Source: a virus (lineage: Duplodnaviria; Caudoviricetes). Taken from it: a stretch of DNA of 39,105 nucleotides. The position numbers and the translations under genes were made by a program. Of this stretch, positions 9,748 through 18,475 are shown in pieces (position 1 is the stretch's first letter; the number at the start of each line of letters is the position of its first letter). Where the stretch lies: the IMG/VR virus record IMGVR_UViG_3300034197_000036, positions 1 through 39,105 of that record; one strand, 5' to 3'. Below the pieces are notes generated by a model, which ran no database searches, was not told where the DNA came from, and saw only the letters and a program-made list of their open reading frames with translations.

Positions 9748-9848
9748 TGTGGGTATTCTGGCTCCTCCTGTGGTTCGTCGGTGGCGCTGTCCTGGCACCG
9801 ATCATTGGCCGGTTCCTAGGCTTCGGCGAAGAGATGCGCCGTGACTGA
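9744..9848 (+). CDS. Single-TM peptide (34 aa)
   Basis: MMWVFWLLLWFVGGAVLAPIIGRFLGFGEEMRRD, translated manually; ATGA overlap. Confidence 0.45.
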   Translation: MMWVFWLLLWFVGGAVLAPIIGRFLGFGEEMRRD

Positions 9849-9924
9849 CACCACGCTCCTCATCATTGATGTCTGGATCGCCATCGGGTTCCTTATCATC
9901 GTGGTTCCTCTCTGTGGCCGATGA
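9841..9924 (+). CDS. Single-TM peptide (27 aa)
   Basis: GTG start; TLLIIDVWIAIGFLIIVVPL; translated manually. Confidence 0.3.
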   Translation: MTDTTLLIIDVWIAIGFLIIVVPLCGR

Positions 9925-10213
9925 CATCAAGACTGTGATTTGGTCTAAGTATCCAGCCGCGTCCACGCGGCTTGTGAACGCCTGCATATATAAGTCTGTC
10001 AGATCACCAGATGATTTGGCGCGACTCTCTGATGAGGAGCTTTTGGACCTCCCTAATTTTGGGGTCCGGACCCTATCCGAACTACGGGCACTCACGGGCA
10101 TTGAAGCGCCTGGGTTATCCCGGACATCGCCGGTCTCCTTGCGAAGCCTGAGCACACGGACATTGTTGGAGGAACTTCTCCGCCGCTTTCCGCAGGGGGC
10201 GGAGGATGTCTGA
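9866..10213 (+). CDS. Stand-alone RNA polymerase alpha-subunit CTD-like protein
   Basis: STRLVNAC...DL...SDEELLDLPNFGVRTLSEL resembles the RpoA CTD (SVRSANCL...ELLKTPNLGKKSLTEI); start may be GTG 9935. Confidence 0.7.
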   Translation: MMSGSPSGSLSSWFLSVADDIKTVIWSKYPAASTRLVNACIYKSVRSPDDLARLSDEELLDLPNFGVRTLSELRALTGIEAPGLSRTSPVSLRSLSTRTLLEELLRRFPQGAEDV

Positions 10214-10736
10214 CGATGATATCTCAGGCTCATTCTCTATCCCGGAAGAAGGCGAGCGCGGGCCGGCAATGATCGCGGCCAATCTGGTCAAGACAGATGA
10301 CGCGCTCTTTGACCTTAAAGAAGGCGAACCCCTCTTCCTGTTTCTGATGAGGGAAGAAAGCCGCTACGTCGGGGACAAGGTCGAACTCGGCTCCATGCAC
10401 CTGCCGATGTTCCAAGGGCGGTTAGGCCCGGTTGCGCGCTGGCTGCTGGCGAAGCTGTGCGACGGCCTGCCGGATTATATCATGATCCTGGACGCCCAAT
10501 TCTGGCTGCAGGCCACGATGGAGCAACGCCGCGCACTCGTTTTCCACGAGCTTCTACATGCCGGGATTGAGACAGACAGGGACGGGCTGAAGAAGTTTAC
10601 CGCGGACGGCCGCCCGAAATGGTGTGTCCGGCCACATGACCTTGAAGCGTTCAACCTGGAGGTGGCGCGCTACGGCGCATGGGCGCCTGACATACTCGGG
10701 TTCCTGAAAGCGGCGCGTGAAGGCGGGGCAATCTAA
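10206..10736 (+). CDS. Putative phage metallopeptidase
   Basis: ALVFHELLH (HExxH) and HDLEAF..V.RYG motifs; usual location near terminase. Confidence 0.8.
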   Translation: MSDDDISGSFSIPEEGERGPAMIAANLVKTDDALFDLKEGEPLFLFLMREESRYVGDKVELGSMHLPMFQGRLGPVARWLLAKLCDGLPDYIMILDAQFWLQATMEQRRALVFHELLHAGIETDRDGLKKFTADGRPKWCVRPHDLEAFNLEVARYGAWAPDILGFLKAAREGGAI

Positions 10737-10752
10737 CATGGGAGGCAGAACG

Positions 10753-11040
10753 ATGGATGCATTCAGGCTTGCTATTCATGATGGACCAGCGATCGACGCC
10801 CCATCGCAAAGCGGCAAGAGCGTCGTAGACACGCCATGGTCAGCAAATCGCGCTCTAAGCAATCTACTCATTGGCATGTCCAAGCAGGAGACAGAGGCTG
10901 AATTGCACTCGTGCCTACGGCGAAACCTGGTCGGCGCATACGAGGATGGGATCAAGGCCGCGCAAGAAGTCGCGATGCGCGCAGGGCAGTTCGATCTGGC
11001 TAAAGCCATTATCGCCTTGCGGGAAGGTGGGGCAATATGA
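10753..11040 (+). CDS. Hypothetical protein
   Basis: GGAGG SD at 10741; ends in REGGAI like the upstream gene. Confidence 0.55.
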   Translation: MDAFRLAIHDGPAIDAPSQSGKSVVDTPWSANRALSNLLIGMSKQETEAELHSCLRRNLVGAYEDGIKAAQEVAMRAGQFDLAKAIIALREGGAI

Positions 11041-11051
11041 AGGAGGACACC

Positions 11052-11360
11052 ATGCTACAGCAGACCGACATAGAGGACGAAGCGAACCTCGGGAAATACC
11101 CTGAGACGAAGGCACGCAAGGCCAAGGGTGAGACAGTGGCAGCAGACCGGCTCCGCTCCCTCGTAGAGCGCATCGAACGCCTGAGAGAGGAACAGAAGGC
11201 ACTGGCCGATGACATCAAGGACATCTACCAGGAGGCCAAGAGCGCCGGCTTTGACGTTAAGGTGCTGCGCCAACTGATCTCCATCAGGACCAAGGACGCC
11301 AACGAGGTGGATGAGCAAATGTCCCTCTTGGACGTGTACAAGCGCGCGCTAGGGATGTAA
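11052..11360 (+). CDS. gapR: GapR/DUF2312 nucleoid-associated protein homologue
   Basis: LRSLVERIERL.EE.KAL.DDIKDIY.EAK..GFDVKVLRQ...LLDVY..ALGM; AGGAGG SD; alternative start at 11037. Confidence 0.9.
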   Translation: MLQQTDIEDEANLGKYPETKARKAKGETVAADRLRSLVERIERLREEQKALADDIKDIYQEAKSAGFDVKVLRQLISIRTKDANEVDEQMSLLDVYKRALGM

Positions 11361-11391
11361 TCGGCAGAATACCTACAGATTATCATTGAGC

Positions 11392-11437
11392 GTGAGAATC
11401 CGGTGAGAAAGTGAGAATGGGGTGATAAATTCTCACC
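11392..11437 (+). repeat. GTGAGAA repeat cluster upstream of the terminase genes
   Basis: GTGAGAA at 11392, 11403 and 11411; GTGATAA at 11422; inverted TTCTCAC at 11430. Confidence 0.65.
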
Positions 11438-12001
11438 ATGGCTGATAATACGGCTGAGATCCGGGCTAAAGTAGAGGCTGCCGTTGATGCGGCGCTTCTC
11501 CAGGGCAAGGTCACGCGCAGCACCATCATAGCGGACTTTGCCGATAGCGGTGTTGGTCAGGCAACGCTCTACCGCTGGATCAATGCCAGGATGCGCGTGG
11601 TTGCTGCTGACGTGGTTATGCAGGGTCGACCGATAGTGACCAAGGTGGAGGCTTTGGCGGTGAGGGGCGACACTGCCCCTCGGCCTGCTGGCATCGACTT
11701 CCACCAGCGCCTGTTATCCAGCCTTGAACGTACTGACGTCCTGCGGGCTATGGCGTACACGGCCGACGGCAAGCCGAAGAATGTCAAACTGGCGCGCGAC
11801 ACAGACGAGGATGAGCGCAGGAAGCTGCACACGGCAGCCTCGATCCAGGAGAAGCTAGAGGCATCGGCTATGCACAAGATGTATGCTGCCTTCATTGATG
11901 AGATATTGAGCATCGTGATGGCGGAGTTGCCTGAAAGCCGGGACCGGATACTTAGCCGCATGGAGGAGGTCCGGGCCCGCTATGGTGCCGGGTTCTCGTG
12001 A
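11438..12001 (+). CDS. Probable terminase small subunit (N-terminal HTH)
   Basis: GVGQATLYRWI HTH; helical; overlaps the TerL start. Confidence 0.55.
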   Translation: MADNTAEIRAKVEAAVDAALLQGKVTRSTIIADFADSGVGQATLYRWINARMRVVAADVVMQGRPIVTKVEALAVRGDTAPRPAGIDFHQRLLSSLERTDVLRAMAYTADGKPKNVKLARDTDEDERRKLHTAASIQEKLEASAMHKMYAAFIDEILSIVMAELPESRDRILSRMEEVRARYGAGFS

Positions 12002-14043
12002 GCCAGGGGCTTGCCCCGTGGGACCTGCTGCGGGAGCGGCTTGACGCACATCTTGCCAAAGCCGGATACGCGCGGCCTGGTTCCATTCCTGCCGATATGA
12101 CATTTACCGCTTGGTGCGAAGACCTGGCAGCCAAGGGGTTGAAGGTCGACGGTTTCCCTTGGTCGTTGGACAACCGCCCGTCTCTCAGACCGCTCTATGA
12201 AGCGATACCGACCACGGTTGAAGAGGCGATGCGGCGCACTGTGGTCTTGATGAAAGGCGCCCAACTTGGCGCGACGCTGTGGGAAATGCTGGCGGACCTT
12301 TACCTCGCCATCAAGTTTGAACCGGCGGTCATCGGCATGTACCTGCCCGACCAGCAGACCGCGGCGGACAAGAGCCAGCGGCGGTTTCTCAGGATCATCC
12401 GCACCATCCCGGATGTCTATCGGCGCCTCATCACACGTACGGGCCCGGGCGATGAGGCTATCCGGGTTGGAGAGGGTAACGTCCTCACCAGGATCATGGG
12501 AGAGTCCAGCTTCCTGTTCCTGTGGACATCATCAAAGACAGGCACCGAAAGCCGTCCTGTTGACGTGCTGTCCCTGGATGAGGTCCAGGAGATGACGCTT
12601 GAACAGATCGACCGCACCAATGAGCGTATGAGCGCATCGCGGATCCGGTTCAGGCTTATGCTGTCCACGGCCAACGTACCGGACGCGGATATCTCTTTCT
12701 GGTTTCAGCAGGGGACACAGAATGAATGGTTCACGGAATGCCCGAGGTGCCGGGCGGAGACGGACCTATCCCAACGCTGGCCGGACTGTGTGGCTTACAA
12801 TGAGGGGCAGATTGATCACGCGCCCCAGAATGACTGGGTTTATGTCTGTCCTGAGTGCAACGGCTGGATTGAGGACACCCAGCGCGGCCGGTTTATAGAG
12901 AAGAACCCGAAAGCATCTATCGAGAGTTATCACCTCTCACAGATCACATCGCCCACGATAACCGCCAGAGATATGGCTGAAGCATGGAACCGTGCGGTCA
13001 CAGGCGACCAGCGCAAGACGTTCTATAACAGGAAGCTCGGCCGCCCCTACATCGACAGTGAGCAATTACCCGTCACCATGGCACACTGCCTCGCCTGCAT
13101 GGCTGAAGGCATGGCTATGGGCCTGACCTGGCAGAAGTCAGCCGATCGGACAGATGACGTCTACATGGGCGTCGACCAGATGGGTGGATACAACGCCGTC
13201 ATCGTCAAGAAGCGTCTCCCTGACGGGAGGCAGGCTGTCATTCATGTAGAGGCGATATTCCACCTGGACCCGTTTGACCGCTGCGCCGACCTCATGGATG
13301 ACTTCAACGTCAACCTGTGCGTTGTCGAGCAATTGCCGAACGTGAATGACGCAAGGAAGTTCGCCAACAAATTCCGTGGGCGCGTCTATCTGGCAGGCTA
13401 CGCCACAGATCCCAAGTCAGACATGATCACGTGGGGCGATGCCATCACCCCGTCCGATCGCAAGACAGCCGAAGAGGACAGAACGCGATACACTGTCGTC
13501 CTGCAGCAGTACAAGGCGATGCAGGCCAGCCTGTTCCGGATCAAAAACACGCACTGTCTGTTCCCCAATTCCGCAGACTTAGAACAGGACGTCATCGAAC
13601 GGGGTGAGCGCAAGCGCCTTCAGATTGTGCGCGACTGGGTATTCCTCCATTTCACAAAGACCGCCCTTGTGGTTGAACAGGATGAGGAAACCCGCACGCT
13701 AAAGCCAAAGGTCGTTAAAATCGGCCTAGATCCACACTTCTCGTTTGCCAACATGCTGTGCGATGTCGCCTGGGCAAGGAACCACGGGATGTCTAGCTTC
13801 ATCCTGCCCGAGTCCATCGCCAAGGGCGATCGCCCCAAGCCCGAGACCCCGATGGGGCAGCGCATAGACAAGGTGATGCCCGGATTGCCGAAGCACGTAC
13901 TAGACATGATGGACCAGGGCGAGCGTGAAGGGACTTGCGGACGTTGCGTCGAATTCGACAAGGGCCGGTGCACAATCAGGATGTTGAACGTCGCGGCCAA
14001 TGACGTAAGTTGCCCGCTATATGATCCATTACCAAGGCCATAG
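11998..14043 (+). CDS. terL: Terminase large subunit, GpA-like
   Basis: MKGAQLGAT Walker A, LSLDEV Walker B, LSTA, zinc ribbon CPRC/CPEC, MGVDQ nuclease motif, DPHF. Confidence 0.92.
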   Translation: MSQGLAPWDLLRERLDAHLAKAGYARPGSIPADMTFTAWCEDLAAKGLKVDGFPWSLDNRPSLRPLYEAIPTTVEEAMRRTVVLMKGAQLGATLWEMLADLYLAIKFEPAVIGMYLPDQQTAADKSQRRFLRIIRTIPDVYRRLITRTGPGDEAIRVGEGNVLTRIMGESSFLFLWTSSKTGTESRPVDVLSLDEVQEMTLEQIDRTNERMSASRIRFRLMLSTANVPDADISFWFQQGTQNEWFTECPRCRAETDLSQRWPDCVAYNEGQIDHAPQNDWVYVCPECNGWIEDTQRGRFIEKNPKASIESYHLSQITSPTITARDMAEAWNRAVTGDQRKTFYNRKLGRPYIDSEQLPVTMAHCLACMAEGMAMGLTWQKSADRTDDVYMGVDQMGGYNAVIVKKRLPDGRQAVIHVEAIFHLDPFDRCADLMDDFNVNLCVVEQLPNVNDARKFANKFRGRVYLAGYATDPKSDMITWGDAITPSDRKTAEEDRTRYTVVLQQYKAMQASLFRIKNTHCLFPNSADLEQDVIERGERKRLQIVRDWVFLHFTKTALVVEQDEETRTLKPKVVKIGLDPHFSFANMLCDVAWARNHGMSSFILPESIAKGDRPKPETPMGQRIDKVMPGLPKHVLDMMDQGEREGTCGRCVEFDKGRCTIRMLNVAANDVSCPLYDPLPRP

Positions 14044-14053
14044 GAGAGACCCC

Positions 14054-14371
14054 GTGCTGCAAGGTTTCGATGATGCGTTTGACGACGACGAAAGGGCGCT
14101 CGTCGGTGCGCTGTTTGGCACTGCGACGCTCTGGGTCGGCTTCCTGCACAACAACGCGGAGGTCAAACTGGACGGCTACGCGCGGGTTCCGGCTACGCTC
14201 GCGGAATTGCAACATGGCGCTGATATCCCGACACCGGCAGGGCACAAGTTTGGGGCGCTGCACAAGGTCGGGGTATGGGATGCGTCGACCCGTGGGAACC
14301 TGTTGTGCTGGGCGGAACTGCCCAATCGGACAGTCTCGGGCGATTCCGTGAGGTTTACTGTTAGACCGTAG
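14054..14371 (+). CDS. Small phage structural-type protein
   Basis: YARVP...VGVWDASTRGNLL.W..L pattern, recalled from phage tail-region proteins; AGGAG SD. Confidence 0.5.
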   Translation: MLQGFDDAFDDDERALVGALFGTATLWVGFLHNNAEVKLDGYARVPATLAELQHGADIPTPAGHKFGALHKVGVWDASTRGNLLCWAELPNRTVSGDSVRFTVRP

Positions 14372-14374
14372 GAC

Positions 14375-14767
14375 ATGGCACGCAAGCTCATAGAGTGGCC
14401 GGAGCCGGAGGCATACACACCCCCGGAATGTCCGGTTGATGTGCGCCTTAAAGCGAGACGCTACCTCCTGATGCCTGGGTCAGTCCCAAGTGTTCCGCCC
14501 CACGCTGTGTGGGTTTCCTTCTCTTATAAGGGAGAGGAGCTTCCAATTGAGCGCGGCGCGGCGCGGGCCATTGACTTCATAACCGGAACATCTGTCGGAA
14601 CCCCAAAGGGGATGCTCTATGATACGGTCGAGATTTATGACACGGCCGACGGACCGAACAGAATCTACTGGGAGTGTCCGCACTATATAGGAGACATCCG
14701 AGGGTTCGTTCAAATCCGCATAGATGAGCCACATGACCTTTGGGAAGATTGGGAGTTTGATCCATGA
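14375..14767 (+). CDS. Hypothetical protein
   Basis: 130-aa ORF in operon. Confidence 0.55.
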   Translation: MARKLIEWPEPEAYTPPECPVDVRLKARRYLLMPGSVPSVPPHAVWVSFSYKGEELPIERGAARAIDFITGTSVGTPKGMLYDTVEIYDTADGPNRIYWECPHYIGDIRGFVQIRIDEPHDLWEDWEFDP

Positions 14768-14872
14768 CACCAGGCGCGGAAGCGACTAAGCCGACGCTTC
14801 TCAACTATGATGAGACACCGGCACTTGTCGTGGGCGTGGAATAATGACCCAAATTGGCAAAGGAGCAGACCC

Positions 14873-15142
14873 ATGATGACACCAGGACAAGCGTTCTTTC
14901 TGCTGAAGCTGCGCCGCAACAGCGTTCCTATCCCGCCCACGTGGGAGGATATGTCTGACTATACCCAACTGAAGAATGAGGCGGATGCGGCGCATATCCT
15001 GGCGCAAGCGGACGAAATCCGGGCGGTTATGGCGGGCGGCGACCAGTCTGGCCCGATCATCGACGCCTTCTATACCGAGGTGACGCGGGAGGAGGCGGAA
15101 GGCCGTCGCCTGCCCACGCACCTTCCTGAATCCGGGTCGTGA
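14873..15142 (+). CDS. Hypothetical protein
   Basis: AAGGAG SD before ATG 14873. Confidence 0.55.
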   Translation: MMTPGQAFFLLKLRRNSVPIPPTWEDMSDYTQLKNEADAAHILAQADEIRAVMAGGDQSGPIIDAFYTEVTREEAEGRRLPTHLPESGS

Positions 15143-15151
15143 TAGCACAAG
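15136..15151 (+). promoter_or_regulatory. Putative late-promoter motif, copy 2
   Basis: GTCGTGATAGCACAAG. Confidence 0.5.
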
Positions 15152-15175
15152 ACAGCCATCCAAGGAGGCTGCCCG

Positions 15176-15346
15176 ATGAAACAGGATAGCTCATTGCTTG
15201 ATGCGGCCAAGGCGATCTCACGGCAGGACCTAGCGGACATGGAGCCGCGGCATGCGGTGCTGGTCGAGCGGCTGATGCGTGCGGCACTGACCGAGGCTGC
15301 ACACATCCCGGTGCCACCGAAGCGGACGCGCCTGGCGCACGATTGA
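15176..15346 (+). CDS. Hypothetical protein (56 aa)
   Basis: AAGGAGG SD; MKQDSSLLDAAKAIS..., translated manually. Confidence 0.55.
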   Translation: MKQDSSLLDAAKAISRQDLADMEPRHAVLVERLMRAALTEAAHIPVPPKRTRLAHD

Positions 15347-15359
15347 ACAGGAGGCACAA

Positions 15360-15749
15360 TTGGCAGCCGACCCGAACCCTGAACTGAGCGCGCAGCTTGC
15401 TGCGGCTCGTGCTGTCCTCGCCCCACAAATCAGGGGACTGGCCGACCTTGCCGCCACGAGCGTATCAACGGACCTCCGGGTTAAGCTGGAGGAAGTCCGC
15501 CAAGCCCGCCAGCGCCGTGATGACCTGATTGCGAGTGCAGAAGCGGCGCGCGATGCCTACATTGCCACACTGGAACGCCTGGAGGATGATGGATATCCGG
15601 CACTTCCGACGATCCCGGTCCTTGGATCTCTGATGAACGAGATCACAGAGGAGAACGCCGACCTCGCGGCGGCGACCGCCATCTTCCGCGATGCGACCGC
15701 AGCAACCATGGCGATTGGGCTCTCTGCCCCAGTCACCAAAACGGAGTAA
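15360..15749 (+). CDS. Helical hypothetical protein
   Basis: AGGAGG SD + TTG start. Confidence 0.65.
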   Translation: MAADPNPELSAQLAAARAVLAPQIRGLADLAATSVSTDLRVKLEEVRQARQRRDDLIASAEAARDAYIATLERLEDDGYPALPTIPVLGSLMNEITEENADLAAATAIFRDATAATMAIGLSAPVTKTE

Positions 15750-15756
15750 GTGAAAC

Positions 15757-16092
15757 ATGGCAACAGGCAATACCTCACAGAAGTTCGTCGCGACCCTTGG
15801 TATCTTTCAGGCTGACGGCGTGACGCCTGCGACTGTCGATGGCGTTCCCGTGTGGGCATCAAGCGACGAGACCGTTATCCAGGTCGTCCCCGCGGCGGAT
15901 GGTATGGGTGCCGAACTTCTGTGCATTGCGCCGGGGACTGGGGTGCGGGTGACTGTGACGGCAGACGCCGACCTCGGCACTGGCGTTCAGACTATTACCG
16001 GCGTGTCGGAAGACATTGAGGTGACGCTTGATCCGGCGCAGTTGGCGTCCGTGATGACGCTCACTCTCGGCGCCCCCGTTCCGAAGGCTTAA
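15757..16092 (+). CDS. Ig-like (BIG2-type) putative virion protein
   Basis: VWASSDETV motif; beta-rich. Confidence 0.6.
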   Translation: MATGNTSQKFVATLGIFQADGVTPATVDGVPVWASSDETVIQVVPAADGMGAELLCIAPGTGVRVTVTADADLGTGVQTITGVSEDIEVTLDPAQLASVMTLTLGAPVPKA

Positions 16093-16137
16093 AGCCGGAT
16101 CGCGCCGGCCTTTCCCCACCTGTCGGGCTGGCACGAA

Positions 16138-16167
16138 GGGGCGCTCCTGGCCGCACAGGAGCGCCCC
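16138..16167. terminator. GC-rich hairpin between convergent genes
   Basis: Perfect 12-bp stem GGGGCGCTCCTG / CAGGAGCGCCCC. Confidence 0.65.
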
Positions 16168-16170
16168 ACT

Positions 16171-16848
16171 CTATTTCTGGATCCTGCACTCTTTGTGCTG
16201 AAGGCGCTCGCCCGCAGAGGCGGTATAGCACCAGTCCGGCTGGTCGGCGCGCGTCGCGTAAACCGGGGCAGACGACATCTCAGGGCAGATCCCACCGAAT
16301 GTCTCTTTCACCCGTTCAATGTTCATGCAGAGGTGTCGGACCGCGGCGGGGCGGTTTCCGAGTGCGTCAAGGCTGGCAGCTTCCCGGACCGCTTTACAGT
16401 CTCCGAACTCCCATAGAGTTCCGCCAAGACCTCCGCCACCAGCAGAACCAGCGCCACCGAGGCCAATCCCGCCGCCGCATGGAGCGCTGCCGAAGCCGTT
16501 TGGAATAGCCAGGAATACGCCGCCGCTACCACCGCCAGAGCCGCCGCCGTTGACGTTAACAGATCCAATACCCGTTCCACTTGCTCGCCCCCCCTGTCCG
16601 CCCATGCCGCCTGTACCACCAGCCCCGCCCGTTCCACCTGTTGCCGTCGGCCGGTTGATGTTGGTATTCCGGTTCTGGTTAAGGTTAGCATTGCGGTTGA
16701 TCCCCACTGAGGATGAGCCAGCAATGGCTGCGGCGCCCGCCGCTGCATTCCCACCTGCTCCGCCAGCGCCACCACCTGGCACAGTTTCCCAAGCCCAAGC
16801 CGGCGGCGCCATAAGCAACGCCAGAGCTATAACCGCTACGCTTTTCAT
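16171..16848 (-). CDS. Secreted glycine-rich protein with Cys-containing C-terminus
   Basis: Signal peptide MKSVAVIALALLMAPPAWA; Gly/Asn low-complexity tracts; six Cys. Confidence 0.7.
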   Translation of the reverse strand: MKSVAVIALALLMAPPAWAWETVPGGGAGGAGGNAAAGAAAIAGSSSVGINRNANLNQNRNTNINRPTATGGTGGAGGTGGMGGQGGRASGTGIGSVNVNGGGSGGGSGGVFLAIPNGFGSAPCGGGIGLGGAGSAGGGGLGGTLWEFGDCKAVREAASLDALGNRPAAVRHLCMNIERVKETFGGICPEMSSAPVYATRADQPDWCYTASAGERLQHKECRIQK

Positions 16849-16935
16849 AAGCACATTTCCTAATGGACCCACACGGGCGATTCCGTATGGGTTTATCCAC
16901 AGGATGCTTACATCAGAAAATACCGTTACGCCATA

Positions 16936-17124
16936 TTATCTGTCGTCCTGGCATCGCTCCCGTTGACGCTTGTCGATGATGTTGTCATTCAGCATTGAGA
17001 AAACACAGCCGATGATGGTCATCAGCCCCCATGGGATAGGGGATACGTAGTCCCCGTTCCACGAAAGCAGGATGGCCAATGCGGCGCCGACTGACCCGGT
17101 CAAGAACCATATAAAGCAACTCAT
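16936..17124 (-). CDS. Small two-TM protein
   Basis: GGAGG SD; hydrophobic. Confidence 0.55.
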   Translation of the reverse strand: MSCFIWFLTGSVGAALAILLSWNGDYVSPIPWGLMTIIGCVFSMLNDNIIDKRQRERCQDDR

Positions 17125-17366
17125 GGCTTGTCCTCCGGTAGATCAGACACATCAACAGCGGCGGCGATGGTTGTGGCTATCACGCGCGTTCCCTCGTTTG
17201 GTTTGAAACCCGCCATCAGACCTGCGACTGTGCAAAAGTATGTGGCCACCATGGCCGCAAGCCCGGCGCGGTTACACGGCGCATTTTTGATGATTTCTGC
17301 GAGGAACGTCAGTTCTGGCTCGATTTCCGTAAACGCCTGATCTGGCGTCACTGTCGTCCTGGTCAT
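17121..17366 (-). CDS. Hypothetical protein flanked by 16-bp direct repeats
   Basis: GGAGG SD; ATGA coupling. Confidence 0.6.
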   Translation of the reverse strand: MTRTTVTPDQAFTEIEPELTFLAEIIKNAPCNRAGLAAMVATYFCTVAGLMAGFKPNEGTRVIATTIAAAVDVSDLPEDKP

Positions 17367-17378
17367 GGCTTGTCCTCC
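17121..17378 (-). repeat. Perfect 16-bp direct repeat GGAGGACAAGCCATGA (17121-17136 and 17363-17378)
   Basis: Read directly; each copy is SD + stop/start overlap. Confidence 0.9.
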
Positions 17379-17611
17379 CTCATGCGCCTCAGAGCATCCT
17401 TCCCGGCTTCGGTTAGGGAGACCGCACAGAACATCATGGCGTCACCTTTCGCGATGAAGCCGCTCTGTCCGCTACCGTCAGAATGAACCTGCACCAGTCC
17501 CGCATCTATTAGGGCATCAAGAGACCTGCCGTGACATTCTCCGTATTGGCTGAAGTCTTCCCGCCCAAGCCACTCCAACAGGGCCCGCTGGTCTTTTGTT
17601 AGGTCGCTCAT
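17363..17611 (-). CDS. Winged-helix-like hypothetical protein
   Basis: LTKDQRALL..L...LDALIDAGLV...LTEAGK pattern. Confidence 0.55.
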   Translation of the reverse strand: MSDLTKDQRALLEWLGREDFSQYGECHGRSLDALIDAGLVQVHSDGSGQSGFIAKGDAMMFCAVSLTEAGKDALRRMREDKP

Positions 17612-17613
17612 GA

Positions 17614-17919
17614 TTACCTCCGCATCCGCAGCACGGCCTCTGCCGCGTGCTCAAGAGCTATGTTGTATGAGATATCAGTCGGGTCTGGTTTACCTAGCGG
17701 CGGCACGTCTGGCGTAACAGCCTCTGCCAGAACGGTTCTAGCTGCGGCTTCAAGGGTTTCGTTCCGCGTTCTGAGTGCTTCGTACAGCATGCGGCGGATT
17801 GCCTCGGCCTCGCTCTGGATGGGTCTCTGAGCGGCGCGTAGGTCGGCAATTCTCCCCCAGATGCTGCGGGGAAGCCCGATGGTTTTCCGGATGATTGGGT
17901 CGTCTGGGTTCTCGCTCAT
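17614..17919 (-). CDS. Ribbon-helix-helix-type regulator (probably leaderless)
   Basis: RKTIGLPRSIW.RI...R......SEAEAIRRML..AL. Confidence 0.65.
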   Translation of the reverse strand: MSENPDDPIIRKTIGLPRSIWGRIADLRAAQRPIQSEAEAIRRMLYEALRTRNETLEAAARTVLAEAVTPDVPPLGKPDPTDISYNIALEHAAEAVLRMRR

Positions 17920-17925
17920 GGGCAT

Positions 17926-17998
17926 CTTATAGCAGGGAAATAAATATGGCGCAATGGTGTTTTTGCTATTGACGCACCACTGGTGTCGTGTATGGTGT
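17926..17998. promoter_or_regulatory. Divergent promoters with TGGTGT repeats
   Basis: Minus strand TTGCGC-17-TATAAG; plus strand TTGACG-16-TATGGT; TGGTGT three times. Confidence 0.6.
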
Positions 17999-18028
17999 CC
18001 ATGGATAAAGCCTATCAGGAGACACGAA

Positions 18029-18229
18029 ATGACCTGCTCCACAATCAAGTTCTCCACTACCGCCAAGGGACGCCGGGCCTACTACTGGTCGCGGCTGGCG
18101 CTGCGGTGGCTGCCGCTGAAGGTAGCCGAGGCTGAAGCCGCTGTGGCCGAAGGACGGGTTCTAGAAGTCCGCGGTTTTACGGCTGAGGTTCGTGACACTG
18201 ATGATGGCTTGGTCCTGGGCAACATTTAG
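18029..18229 (+). CDS. Hypothetical protein
   Basis: AGGAG SD. Confidence 0.6.
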   Translation: MTCSTIKFSTTAKGRRAYYWSRLALRWLPLKVAEAEAAVAEGRVLEVRGFTAEVRDTDDGLVLGNI

Positions 18230-18244
18230 GTAGGAGCGCGTCAG

Positions 18245-18463
18245 ATGAACAACGGTTGGTATGCCATCCTGACATGGGGTTCGTCCTATGACGGACCCTG
18301 CGGTCCCTGGAAGAGTGAGGCGGACGCGGAAGCGTCCCTAGGCCGCTGGCGCTACCGGAAGGGCGCAGAGGCGGGCTCGATTGAGGCTGCGTCCAGCCTC
18401 CGGATTGCTGGCCCGTTCCCGACACGCGATGCGGCGCGGTCCGCAGACATTTCCGATTACTGA
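18245..18463 (+). CDS. Hypothetical protein
   Basis: AGGAG SD; two GP(W/F) repeats. Confidence 0.6.
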   Translation: MNNGWYAILTWGSSYDGPCGPWKSEADAEASLGRWRYRKGAEAGSIEAASSLRIAGPFPTRDAARSADISDY

Positions 18464-18475
18464 GGGGGAAGAACA

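Noticed and set aside
16319-16966. 215-aa Pro-rich + strand ORF
   Set aside because: Antisense shadow of the Gly-rich secreted protein
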